This document shows, one piece after another, positions 12,426-25,800 of a stretch of 64,000 bases of DNA. The notes under the pieces are model-generated. The model did not search any database. It was not told where the DNA came from and was given only the letters and a program-made list of their open reading frames with translations. Location of the stretch: the NCBI RefSeq assembly GCF_006345805.1, contig NC_042997.1, forward strand, positions 15,500,001-15,564,000, in the 5' to 3' direction. Position numbers and translations under genes: made by a program. The stretch's first letter is position 1; each line of letters opens with the position of its first letter. The stretch comes from Octopus sinensis (Eukaryota).

Positions 12426-13293
12426 ATACCCTCCTTTCGTCTCCTCTACTATGTCTCACCTGCAGGCTCTGCATCAATCACTTCATTACCACCTTTTTGT
12501 TGAATTCTCTACCCGCCCTCATGGCTTCTTTGCTCCTTGTAGCCTTATTGATGTTCAATGTAAACATCAAACATATTGATTTGATTAGTTTCAGAAGTCC
12601 AGAGAAGGTTATGACCATTAATTCCTACACTTTATATTTTATCGTTTTCCACAAAAAAGATTTAAAAAATATACTTCGCATTATATTACGATTTTATACT
12701 TACCTCTCAAATGTATATTTGTAAAACGCTCTCAAAATTTGTTGTATCTCGGCAGAGTCATTATACCAATAAAAAACCCATGTACTGGTTCTATCTCACT
12801 TTTATTATTTATTTGTCATCTGGTTAACTATGTAACCAATTAGGTAATCGATTCTTTGATTAATCGTTTGGTCTGTTAATCAGCTATGTTTGTTTTAGAC
12901 CTTTCGTCACCATTCGCAATCTCATCAAAGCCATGCTCTCTCTATTCCATGTCATATTCTTTCTTACGTAACCAGAAATCTATTGTTTCTGATTTTTAAC
13001 GAAGCTCAATTACTAAGTTATGATACTCTGGTTGAAAATATGCTATGCTCTTTACTGCTACAAACTTCATCCACAATTGGGGAAGGTTCGGAGTGGAATT
13101 AACTGGATTTTTTTATGGAGGAAGTGGCACAGGATAATCGAAAGTCTAATTTTCGGTGATATGACATTAATATCAATCGGGAACACATGAAACTAGTGAG
13201 ACATGAGGAAAAAGTTTCAATCGAAATTCTGCGTTAGTGTAATAGTAGAAAATCTTCAAGATTCATCTGCCGTTTAGTAAGAGCTTTGTACCA

Positions 13294-13677
13294 AAGGCGG
13301 CGAGTTGGGAGAATCGTTAGCACGCCGACCGTATTTCGTCTGCCGTTACGTTCTGAGTTCAAATTCCGCCGAGGTCGACTTTGCCTTTCATCCTTTCGGG
13401 GGGTCGATTTAATAAGTACCAGTTACGCACTGAGGTCGATATAATCGACTTAATCCGTTTGTCTGTCCTTGTTTGTCCTCATTGTGTTTAGCCCCTTGTG
13501 GGTAGTAAAGAAATAGGTATTTCGTCTGTCTTTACGTTCTGAGTTCAAATTCCGCCGAGGTCGACTTTGCCTTTCATCCTTTCGGGATCGATAAATTAAG
13601 TACCAGTTGCGTATTGGGGTCGATCTAATCGACTGGCACCCTCCCCCTAAATTTCAGGCCTTGTGCCTAGAGTAGAA
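13294..13677 (+). mobile_element. SINE family S2, full-length, two modules
   Basis: A 15-bp TSD aagagctttgtacca lies at 13279-13293 and 13678-13692. Confidence 0.9.
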
Positions 13678-14649
13678 AAGAGCTTTGTACCATGCAACTG
13701 AAGAAAAAAAAATTCAATCCAATTCATAGATATATACATAATATATATGTGTGTGTCTTTGTACATGTGTTTGTCCCCCAGCTACCGCTTGACAATCGAC
13801 GTTGGTTTATTTATGTCCCCGTAACTAGCAGTTCGACAAAAGAGCCCAACAGAATCACTTTCAAGGTTAAACAATAAATACTGGGATCGATTTGTTCAAC
13901 TAAACCGTTTAAGGCGGTGCCCCAGCATGGCCGCAGTTGAAATCTGAAGCAATACATTTGAGAGGTTAGTATAAAATCGTAATATATTGCGAAGTATATC
14001 TTTTAATCTTTTTTTTTATGGAAGGCGATAAAATATAAAAGACAATCCACTGAGGTGTACATCTTCAACAGTGGCGTAATGTGGGTTGTGTCCGCTCTGT
14101 GTGGTTGCCAAATTGGTGGCTCCCTTTCTTAAACATAGCATTACTTTCAGCATATGTTACCCTCATCAAGTGGTCACCCTGTGCGGTCTTCACTCCCTAG
14201 ATACCCCACGCTGCACCAGTGGTCTTGAGACAGAAAAAGTTTACGGAACTGTTCAATGGAGTCGAAATTCGTACGTGCTATAGGTAGGAGCCACCGCGTT
14301 AGCGATTACACTAAGGAGGCTATGAACAGCTTAAACTATCAAAATAACACTTAGAAACGCTTTACTGGATGAATTCGCAATATTTTACCTCTTCTGCTAT
14401 CACAAGAGGATCGTAAGTATTTTCATAGTTATTCAACCACCAGCAGTCAAGCTATTCCCACATTAACAGTCGACTATTACACTGGCATTCCTCTATGTTT
14501 ATATATATAATATATATGTGTGTGTGTGTGTGTGGTGTGTGTGTGGTGTGTGTGCAGTGTCTGTCTGAGTGCTGATTGAACATCTGTCTATCTATCTATC
14601 TATACACGTACTTGATTTTATTATTTTATAATATATTAATTATCAAAAT

Positions 14650-15050
14650 AAAGCGGCGAACTGGCAGAATCGTTAGCATGCCGGGCGAAATGCTCAGCGG
14701 TATTTCGTCTAAAGAAATAGGTATTTCGCCTGTCGCTACGTTGTGAGTTCAAATTCCGCCGGGGTCGACTTTGCCTTTCATCCTCTCGGGGTCGATTAAA
14801 TAAATACCAGTTACGCACTGGGGTCGATGTAATCGACTTAATCCCTTCCCCCAAATTTGAGGCCTTGTGCTTCCAGCAGAAAAGATTATTGTTTTGTAAT
14901 ATATTGCTTATCAAAGGCGGCGAGCTGGCAGAATCGTTAGCACACCGGGAATATTGCTTAGTGGCATTTTGTCTGTCGTTGCGTCCTGAGTTCAAATTCC
15001 GCCGAGGTCGACTTAGATTTTCATCCTTTCAGAATCGATAAAATAAGTAC
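14650..15050 (+). mobile_element. Two adjacent S2 SINE copies
   Basis: aaagcggcgaactggcagaa at about 14650 and aaggcggcgagctggcagaa at about 14913. Confidence 0.75.
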
Positions 15051-15545
15051 CTCTTGACCCCTGACATTGTGCCAAAATTTGAGACCAAAGTATTATGAAA
15101 ATGGCAGTTCCTTGAGTAAAACACTTAACTTCACGTTGATCCCGTCCACTCAGCTGAAAAAAATGAGTTTTAATTAAAAGGGGCCAGCCTTGTCACATTC
15201 TGTGTCATGCTGAATCTCCCTGAGAACTACGTTAATTTTAAGTTTAGAGAGCTCTTTGGAATACTCGGTCACTAACATGTTATTCAATGAGCCTGGTAGT
15301 TTAGTTGATCGAACTACTCAACACTCATGGTTGGAAATTCTGACCGAGATCCATTTATTTATCTATTAAAATCTTTTCTTGTAAATATCTACAAGAGAAG
15401 AAAAACACAAAACCTAAAAATCTTATTTTTCACATTCAAGCCTATAAAAAATGATTCGTCTTCCTCTGGTTTCTAACGCTTCCATAAAAGACAAAAGCCT
15501 ATCACAATTAAATTAAGCAATATCCCATACCTCTAGATTTTGGAT

Positions 15546-16062
15546 CATTTGTTGTCGACACTCTCCCTCATGTGTTGTCGACACTCTCCCTCATGTGTTG
15601 TCGACACTCTCCCTCATGTGTTATCGACACTCTCCCTCATGTGTTATCGACATTCTTCCTCATTTGTTGTTGTCGACACTCTCCCTCATGTGTTATCGAC
15701 ACTCTCCCTCATTTGTTGTTGTCGACACTCTCCCTCATGTGTTGTCGACACTCCCCTCAGTTGCTGGTCGACACTCTCCCTCATGTGTTATCGACACTCT
15801 CCCTCATGTGTTGTCGACACTCTCCCTCATGTGTTATCGACATTCTTCCTCATTTGTTGTTGTCGACACTCTCCCTCATGTGTTATCGACACTCTCCCTC
15901 ATGTGTTGTCGACACTCTCCCTCATGTGTTATCGACATTCTTCCTCATTTGTTGTTGTCGACACTCTCCCTCATGTGTTATCGATACTCTCCCTCATTTG
16001 TTGTTGTCGACACTCTCCCTCATGTGTTGTCGACACTCTCCCTCATTTGTTGTTGTCGACAC
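15546..16062. repeat. Minisatellite with 23-26 bp unit, running into an assembly gap
   Basis: About 22 tandem units of tgtgttgtcgacactctccctca, with variants tgtgttatcgacattcttcctca and tttgttgttgtcgacactctccctca. Confidence 0.95.
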
Positions 16063-16162
16063 NNNNNNNNNNNNNNNNNNNNNNNNNNNNNNNNNNNNNN
16101 NNNNNNNNNNNNNNNNNNNNNNNNNNNNNNNNNNNNNNNNNNNNNNNNNNNNNNNNNNNNNN
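16063..16162. other. Assembly gap (100 N)
   Basis: Run of exactly 100 N. Confidence 1.
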
Positions 16163-16288
16163 TGTATATATATATGTATATATATATATGTATATATATG
16201 TATATGTATATAGTATTATATTATATATATATATATATATATGTATTATCTTATATACATATGAAAAGCAATTTCAACGATCACAGAG

Positions 16289-16418
16289 GACTGGCGCATC
16301 TTCAAATTATTCTTTTAATTTAACAGTTAATCATGCATCATAATGGTTTAGTTAACTAACTAATTATGCTGTATAATTAACTCTTAAATTAAAGGAATAA
16401 TTTGAAGATGTACCAGTC
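16289..16418. repeat. Imperfect 130-bp palindrome
   Basis: Arms gactggcgcatcttcaaattattcttttaatttaacagttaatcatgcatcataat and its roughly 85% identical reverse complement surround a tagttaacta centre. Confidence 0.85.
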
Positions 16419-16811
16419 TCCATGATCTCTGTAATTGTTTTGGATTTACATTCCCGAAAATATTCATTATCCAGAGAAGCGAACTTGGATTTACCCATCA
16501 GAAGGCTTATAGTTGCATTGCTCACCGTATGTGATACATGATGCTTCTTACTGCTTGATGTGGTTAACCGGAACCTGGACTATAACTAAGAGCTCTTATG
16601 GTATTCACCTGGATAAGTTATTTCTATTTACTCTTCGTATACATATATATTCTTTTATTCTTTTAGCTGATTCAGTCATTTGACTGCGGCACCACCTTAA
16701 AAGGTTTTAGCCGAAAACACACCAGCATCGGTTGCCAAGCGATGGCGAGGCATAAACACATACACACATCAATATATACACACACATATATATACGACTT
16801 CTTTCATACAG

Positions 16812-16884
<73 letters not shown>

Positions 16885-17024
16885 CGTGTAAAATTCTTTA
16901 ACAAATACACACATATATATATATACCGGAGTAAACACATAGATGTGAAACAAAGTGGTAAAAAGAGTACTCAAATACCAGGGGTAGAGTAATATGCTTT
17001 ATTTAAAAGCAGCAGAAATTCAAG

Positions 17025-17071
17025 AAAACCTGTTACTCGGAGTTTCATGTTTCCGTTCGTCGGACAGTTTT
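17025..17071 (-). ncRNA. Hammerhead-like motif, family B (U4C)
   Basis: aaaacugu-CCGACGA-ACG[GAAA]CAU-GAAA-CUC[C]GAG-UA-acagguuuu, inside the 16925-17075 repeat that is homologous to 3685-3830. Confidence 0.6.
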
Positions 17072-17124
17072 GTTATATATATATATATATGCGTATAAAA
17101 TTCTTTAACAAATATATATATATA

Positions 17125-17670
17125 CTAGCAAACGCACCCGTCTTTCGGACAGTTTAACATATAAATAAATAATAAATACAAAAATGAAAATAACTAAAAC
17201 ATATTCTGTAATACAAATATGCAACCATACAAATTTAAAAAGGATGGAAAACAATCGAAATAAGTAAATAAAATCCTTTCACTTTTATGATATTCTCTAA
17301 CCAAAACCCTCAAATATTGTTACACCAATACACATAAAAAATATAGAAATAATACACAATGACAACATATAAATAAATAGATAAAAATGTGAAAAACCAC
17401 TAAAAAGTATTCTCTAATGGCAATATACGACCATAGAGATTAAAAAAGTATGGAAGACCCTACATGCAAAAAACACTATGTACATGCAACGAATTAAAGA
17501 AAAAACCGTGTAAACCACCGCTTTCCTCAGTTTGTCCATTTACGCGGGAGCTCTGGGCAAAATGTGATAGTGCATTGCCATCCTTGGCACATAAGTAATG
17601 TGTGTGTAAAGTTTGGTGAAGGTCGGTTGAGAATGGTGGAAATGTATGCGTTAGATAATATATATAAACA
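17125..17670 (-). mobile_element. Probable non-autonomous Helitron-like element
   Basis: On the minus strand a degenerate hairpin is followed by CTAG-T (17125-17128). The internal aagtttggtgaa...gaaatgtatgcg segment resembles the element at 40484-40854. Confidence 0.45.
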
Positions 17671-18832
17671 CACAGACATGCAAGAAGTAAATAGACACCT
17701 TTAATTTTCGAAATGTCTGATCTAAGCGTCGTAATATGTTTTCAGCGGTGTAGAATTTAGAATGTAATTTTTCTTTTTCATTCCAGGTGCCATTATGTTA
17801 AACATTTGCACAAAAAATTCAGCAGAACTGTCAGATTTTCAAAGAGTTCGTATTGTTGGACAATCTGAGGCTGGTTTTAGCCAGCGAAAAATTGCCGAAA
17901 ATTTTCAAATTCCTCTTGCTACTGTTAATAGAATTATAGTGCAATTCAAAAGCCAAGGAAAAGAATCAACAGATTCTCGTCCCAGCCGACCTGGGTCCTC
18001 GGAAAGGAAGCTTCGCTGTTTGAAGAGAATTGTGGAAAACAACCCCGTTTGAAGGCTTCTGACATTGCAAAACAGCTAGAAGTTAGTGCAAGAACGTGTG
18101 TTACATATCTGCATAAGCTTGGGTATTATGGACGAGCAGCTAGAAGAAAACCTCTCCTTCAACCAATTAATATCACGAAAAGAAAGAAATGGGCTAAGGA
18201 AATGTCATGAAAATCCAGTTCATTTTGGGATAGAGTGATTTTCTCAGATGAATCCAGATTTGCATTATTTTCAGACAGTGGACGTGTTTGGGTCTGGAGG
18301 CTTCCCAATCAAGCATTTGACCGAACGTGTTAGAAGCATAAACTCTGAAAAATACATCGAAATACTTAAGCAAGCACTACTTCCGATGCATTCACACGAT
18401 AACATAACGGAAAATGGGTTTTTATGGAAGGTGGGGATCCATGCACACAGCGAAAAGGAATCAACAATGGTTAACAGAAAATGGGATCAAAAACCTTCCT
18501 TGGCCGAGCCAATCTCCTGACATGAACCCAAATGGAAATCTTTGGAGCATACTAGATAGAGCTATACGAAAAACTCGACAGAAACTTAAATCTAAAGATG
18601 AAATGTTTCGACTGTTGCTTGAAAAGTAGGCAGAAATTCCACAAGAGACAATAACAAAGCTCGTCAGTTCAATGCCAAAAAGAGATTCTGAAATAAAAAC
18701 TGCAAAGGGAATATCAACTAAATACTAAAGTATGTAGTCCTACCTATCGATTACATTTCGATTGTTCGCTTTGCGTATTAAATTAATTATTTTGAAAATC
18801 AAAGGTGGCTATTTACTTTCTGCATGTCTGTG
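17671..18832 (+). mobile_element. Tc1-family DNA transposon, decayed, with TIRs
   Basis: TIRs of about 45 bp (cacagacatgcaagaagtaaatagacacctttaattttcgaaat / rc), right end followed by TA. Transposase pieces are [12 protein letters not shown] (HTH), AARRKPLL, VIFSDESRF and WPSQSPDMNPNGNLW. There are stops, frameshifts and an internal deletion, and the catalytic E is replaced. Confidence 0.9.
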
Positions 18833-18914
18833 TATATGTAATTTTTTTTTATAAGAATAGTAATGACACTGACTTCGAAGTCTGTCAGTTAAGCCATCAT
18901 CGGACTGCTGGACT

Positions 18915-19370
<456 letters not shown>

Positions 19371-20057
19371 CCAAAGTTATAGTCGTCACTGCAGAGCCAG
19401 CGTAGACGGAGGAATTGGCATGTATATGTATATGTTTGTGTTTGTCCTCCCATCATCGCTTGACAACCGATGCTGGTGTGTTTACGTCCCCGTAACATAG
19501 CGTTTCGGCAAAAGAGACCGATAGAATAAGTACTAGGCGCTCAAAGAATAAGTCCTGGGGTTGATTTGCTCGACCAAAGGCGGCGCTTCAGCATGGTCGC
19601 AATCAAATGAGTAAAGCAAATAAAAGAGTAGAAGAGTAAAAGAGAAAGTGTTTATTCAAAATGGAAGCTCACCAGTAGACGAAAGTACAGACAACTGCCC
19701 TTAAAGCCCATGCCTTAAATCTGGCATTGCATCATGTCATGCTGCGACCATAGCGCATATACATAACTTGCATACAACCTTTCCTCATACACAAACAGCT
19801 GGATGTGAAGCTCTTATTGTGACTATTATGATAAACCATGATTTTACGCCACGTGCCTTTGTTAGAGTAGAAATCGTTTTGTAAACTGTTGATGTAAACT
19901 TCAAAGTAATTGCTACTACATACAAGTGTGTGTATCTATATGTATATGCATATACATTTTGTGTATAGACTCAGACATTTATATTAACACTGGAATATAT
20001 ATGCCTATATATCTCTTCTCCTCTGTCGCTGTCTGTCCGTCTCTATGTCTCTCTCAG

Positions 20058-20088
<31 letters not shown>

Positions 20089-20117
20089 TAATATATATAT
20101 ATATATATATACGTCTA

Positions 20118-20206
<89 letters not shown>

Positions 20207-20419
20207 CACTCTTTCTCTCTATCTATCTGTCTGTCTGTCTGTCTGTCTGTCTGTCAGTCTGTATGTCTGCCAGCCTGTCTATCTGACTGTCTGCCTGCAT
20301 GCACAAAAACATATATACACGCGTGTGTGTATGTGTGTGCGCGCGTGTAAAACAACAATGTACTTATTCTAATAATGTTAGCTTATTTTATTCAGGATAT
20401 TAATATAGGTAGTAAGTAG

Positions 20420-20426
20420 TGATAGT

Positions 20427-20513
<87 letters not shown>

Positions 20514-20548
20514 CAGCAGCAGCAGCAGCAGTAGTGGTAGTAGTAGTG

Positions 20549-20590
<42 letters not shown>

Positions 20591-20605
20591 ATGGTGATAG
20601 TAGTG
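20420..20605. repeat. (AGT)n/(AGC)n trinucleotide microsatellite
   Basis: Read directly. Confidence 0.95.
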
Positions 20606-21670
20606 GCTCTCATGTGACTGACAAGAAGACCAGCTAAGACTGGCAAGAAGACCAGCTAAAATCCTGAATATGAGGAATGCATACATTCTAAAATATAGAC
20701 ACTACACACACACACACATACACACACACGTATTTATATATACCTACCTACATACATACTCATCTATTTATATATCTATCTATTTACACACATACACACA
20801 CACACACACAGGTACATACACACATGCATATATTTCTATATAGATATACTGGGAAAGGGAAGTGGAAAGAGAAAATGTGTATATACATATAAGTACATGT
20901 TATACTTTCTCACTCTAGGAATACATATGCATAAACACACATACACACACTCATATATAAATGCATGCATACATACGCACATACACACACATACACACAT
21001 AGAACATATATATATATACATACATACATACAACATATATGCATATACATACATACAACATATATATGCACGCACTCATGTATGAGTACACATGTATGTA
21101 TAATATACAAATATATATATATATATACATATAAGCATATGTATCTATATGTGTGTGTGTGAATGTATGTATGTATGTATGTATGTATGTACGTACGTAC
21201 GTATGTATGTATGTATGTATGTATGTATGTATGTATGTATGTATGTATGTATGTATGTATGTATGCATGCATGCATGCACATATATGTGTGAGTGTATGT
21301 TTGTGAGGCACCAGAGATCTAGTTGTGATCTAGTTTCTGTTTCTTTTCACGCTCCATATAATATCTGAGATGAATAAATCTTAAAACTTTTTTACAGCAT
21401 TTGTGTCTATGACGAGGCTGGAGAAAGAGAGGTGCGGTGGTGGAGGATGTTGTAAGTGTTGGGTAGAGCGGAGGAAGAGAGGGACTGTACACCAGACACG
21501 GAAACACGCAGTCTAAAAGATACAGGCAGAGACATCGAGACTGCCAGACGCAGATAAAGATTGGAGTGAGTGAGAGGAGAGGAGGATGGAACGGGGGGAA
21601 AGAAAGACAGCGCGAGAAAGAAAGTGAGAAAAAGAAAGAGAGAGAGAAATAGAGAGAGTGTGTGTGCGTG

Positions 21671-21718
<48 letters not shown>

Positions 21719-22036
21719 GGAGAGAGGGAGAGAAATGGAGAGAGAAAAGGGAAAAGTGAGAAAACTAGACAGACAGACACCTTGATAAAGCGATAGAGTG
21801 AGTGTGTGTATTTATGTGTATATGCATGTATGTATATATAAATGTAATATGTATATACGTTATATATGTTTGAAGGTATGTCTACTTAATATTATATATG
21901 TATGTAAATATACTGCGATTTAATGTTAAACGCACATATACACACGTACAAACATGTAATGTGAAAGGAAAAATAGTTAAAAATACAACAGAGAACAGAA
22001 TATCGTAAGTTTAGCAGTTGAAATGAAAATAAAGCG

Positions 22037-22073
22037 GTGTCGACGTTTCGGACATCAGTCCTTCTTCAGACAC
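22037..22073 (-). ncRNA. Hammerhead-like motif, family D
   Basis: gugu-CUGAAGA-a-GGAC[ugau]GUCC-GAAA-C-GUC-g-acac, with one extra G before stem I. Confidence 0.6.
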
Positions 22074-22600
22074 AAAATGAGCTGTAAGGAAACAAAAATA
22101 GACAAAGGGAAAGAAAGAGAAAAATGGTATAAAGGAAAGAAAAAAAATGATAATATTCATTTTAGGTAAAAGCAATAAGAAAAAATTATTGGCCATAAAC
22201 TAATGGGAAATCCGCCCCACCAGACAGAGTCTGAAATGGGGATGAAAGTAGGTGTATAAGTGCATGCATCAGGCATGCATCAGGATGTGTTCGCTTGGTA
22301 GTAGGCGTGTGAAGAGGATTGTGCTTACGAGGTGTTTCGTAGGATATATAAATATGTAAATGTGAAAACTGAGTGGCTTACGCGTGTATGTGGCAATGTC
22401 AGTGTCTGTGAGTGGTTATGTGAGTAAGTATAAAGACCGTGTGTGAGAAGCTAACCGAGGATTTGGTGTAGAATGTTGTAGAGAAATTGAATGCATTTCA
22501 CTAGGAACAGCACTTGTGTGTGCGTGTGTGCATGCATGTGTGTGTGTGCGTGTGTGCGCGCGATCAAAGTATATCATAGTTAAAGATCAGCACGATAGCC

Positions 22601-22743
22601 CATTATTTACATTCGACGGATATTTGTCCTCATCTTCTTTGTTGTTTACACAACATTTCGGCTGATATACCCTCCAGCCTTCTTCAGGTGTCTTAGGGGA
22701 AATTTCGAACCTGGGTTCACATTCCTAAGGTATTCTTCGATGT
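22601..22743 (-). mobile_element. Family A hammerhead-bearing element, inverted partial copy (motif 22647-22692)
   Basis: Reverse complement of the 27034-27190 body. The motif is gacac-CUGAAGA-a-GGCUG..CAGCC-GAAA-U-GUU-gugu. Confidence 0.75.
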
Positions 22744-22760
22744 TATTATTATTATTATTA

Positions 22761-22846
<86 letters not shown>

Positions 22847-22849
<3 letters not shown>

Positions 22850-25800
22850 TAGTTTTATTTTTATAGCGTGCTTTCACTTCACTACCGAGCGCAGCTCTGT
22901 GTGCCTTGGGTATGTGCTGTGATTTGTTGTGATGCTCTGATGGTTATTGTATGGAAAGTGTTCTGCGTAGGATGTGTGCAGTGCCTAGTAGTGCAATTTT
23001 CTGTATGTTATATGTGTTTGTAAGTCCTGGTGTTTTGTTATGTATTTGTCTGAATATTTTTTTATCATGCCTAATGCACCTACTATTATAGGAATTGTTT
23101 CTGTTTTCAGGTTCCACATTCTAGTTACCTCTATTTCCAGGTCTTTGTATTTTGAGAGTTTCTCCATTTCTTTTAGAGACACGTTGTCATCTGCCGGTAT
23201 TGATACATCAATTAGAAAGCATTTTTTTTCTTCATGATCTCTGACAACTATATCTGGTCTGTTGGCCTTAATTTCTCTATCTGTGTGTATCGGCATATCC
23301 CAGAGTATGGTTGCTTTCTCGTTTTCTGTGACCTTTTCTGGTGTGTGCCTATACCATCTTTTTTCTGTTGTTATTCCATAATGTTGGCATAGCTTCCAAT
23401 GTATGTAGGTTCCAACTCTGTCATGTCTGTGAATATATTCCTTCTTAGCCAGGACTGGGCAGCTAGAGATAATATGATTTATTGTTTCTTGTCCATCTCC
23501 ACATATTCTGCAGTTACTTGTAATATTTCTTTTCATTACATGTTTTTGGTAATTTCTGGTGGGGAGGCTTTGGTCTTGTGCTGCAATTAAAAATCCCTCT
23601 GTTTCTGCTTTGAGTCCTGAGCTTCTCAACCATTGTTGGGATTTTTTTTTGTCTATTTCTTTTGCGTTTAGTTTAGTGCAGTATTTACCATGAAGGGGCT
23701 TTTCTTGCCATCGTTTTATCATGGCTCGTTGCTGTTCTATTTTTAGTTTGGATTTCATTTGTTTTATAGCTTTTGTTGTTTCTTCATCATCTTCTTCTTC
23801 TTCTTTGTGTTTATTAGGTGGTATGATTTCTTGTTTGTATTTGTCAGCTTCCTTAAATACTGAGAACAGTTTTTTGTTTTGCTCGTGTTTTGCTGCTATC
23901 TGGATCAGTTTTCCTTCCTTCTGAAGTAGGTATTTTTGCAGTCCTATGGTGGTTATTTTATAGTAGTTTTCCAGCTGTATAAGGCCTCTACCACCTTCTA
24001 TACGTTGTATATATAGTCTTTCTATGTCAGATTTTGGATGATGCATCCTAGATCCTGTCAGTATTTTTCTTGTTTTCCTATCTATTTTGGACAGTTCATT
24101 TCGTGTCCAGTTAACTTATAACTGGGACAGCTAAAGTGTTGATACCTATTATCTTGTTTTTAGCATTGAGCTCTGTTTTTAGTATTGATCTAACTCGTTT
24201 ATAATATTCTTTTTTTATTTTCTCTTTCATTTGTGTGTGTTGTGTCTTATCTAGTTCATAGATTCCTAAGTATTTGTAAGTTTGGCTTTGGTCTAATTCT
24301 TTTATTTCATTGGTTTTATCTAGTGTAATGTTGTTACTCTTAACTAGTTTTCCTCTTTTCATGGTTACTTTGGCGCATTTTTCTAATCCAAATTTCATAT
24401 CTCTTCTTTGGTAAATCCATGAACTGTCTTTAATAGTGTTTCCAGCTGTTTGTCATTTGCAGCGTATAGTTTTAGGTCATCCATATATAAAAGGTGGCTG
24501 ATCGTTTTGCCGTAACATTTATATCCGCATCCAGTTCTATTTAGCATATCAGATAGAGAGGTGACAGTGCCAAGCAGAAAAGGAGTGGAGAGAGCGTGTC
24601 TCCCTGGAATATTCCTCTTCTAATGGGGATGTCTTTGGTTTTCATGAGTCCCTCTTTTGTTTGGAGGTGTAGGACTGTTTGCCATTTATTCATAGAGTGC
24701 TCTATGAATTTATGATTGGTGCTACTTTGTTAATGGCTAGTGTTCGAGGATCCATGTGTGGGGGATGCCATCAAACGCCTTTTTGTAGTCAATCCAGGCC
24801 ATACTGAGGCCTTTCTTCTTTCTGTGGCTGTCTTCAGTTACGGCTTTATTAATCATTAGTTGATCTTTACAGCCATATGAGCCTTTGCGGCATCCTTTCT
24901 GCTCTTCTGGGAACAGTTTGTTTTCGTCCAGGTGCTTGTTCAGCCTTTGCGATATCACTGCAGTAAATGCCTTGAACATAGTAGGGAGGCAGGTTATGGT
25001 CTGTAGTTTTCTGGTTTTGTTGTTTCATTTGATTTGGGAATTAAGATGGTTTTCCCCTTCGTGAGCCATTCAGGCATTGTCTCTGGCTCTGCTAGTATGC
25101 TGTTAAAGTTTTCAGCCAGCTTTTTGTGCATTCCTGTTAGATATTTCAACCAGAAGTTGGGGATCTTGTCATGCCCAGGTGCCTTCCAGTTGCTTAGTTT
25201 GCAGTGCCTGGGTGACCTCTTCAGTTGTTATGGGGGTCCAAGTTGTTCAGATGCCGAGTTTGTTATTTTCATACTGCTTTTTTTGGCTGTTCGTTCGCCG
25301 ACCATATTTCTCTCCAGAATTTTCCAATTCTCTGCCGTTGGTGCTGCAGTGACTTCTATTTTATTTTTGCCCAGTTTGGTAGGTAGAACTTTTTGGGGTC
25401 GGAGTTGAACTTTTTGTTCTGTTCAAAGAAGCGTTGGCGTTTCTCGTACCGGCGGATCCTTTGAGCTTTGGCAAGGATATCTTGCTTCAGCTTTTCTTTT
25501 ATCTCCGGCAAATCTTTTTCTGTGATGTTATATTTGCGGAGCATTTTGTTCTCTTTTTGTTGCTCAGTAGCGTTGCTTGTTGCTGATTTCATTAAGAATC
25601 GACAGGTCTTTTCTAATTTTTTTTATTTTGTTTTGGATGTTATTTATCCACAGGGTTGTTTGGGTGGTGGTACTCCTGTTTGGGCGGGTTTGGGTGAGTA
25701 TCCAGCTTCTTTTGTGGCTGCAGTGGCTGCTGCGTATATCAAGTCATTTAGTTCAGTGATATCACTTTTTTTGTTTCAGTGGCTAGTTCAGTGACGGCTA

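Noticed and set aside
14069-14222. Possible hAT MITE starting cagtggcgta
   Set aside because: The right terminus does not give a convincing inverted repeat or an 8-bp TSD.
15540-16343. Three long overlapping ORFs (213-267 aa) and a CRISPR-like look
   Set aside because: They are stop-free frames of a tandem minisatellite and cross an N gap. There are no unique spacers and the context is eukaryotic.
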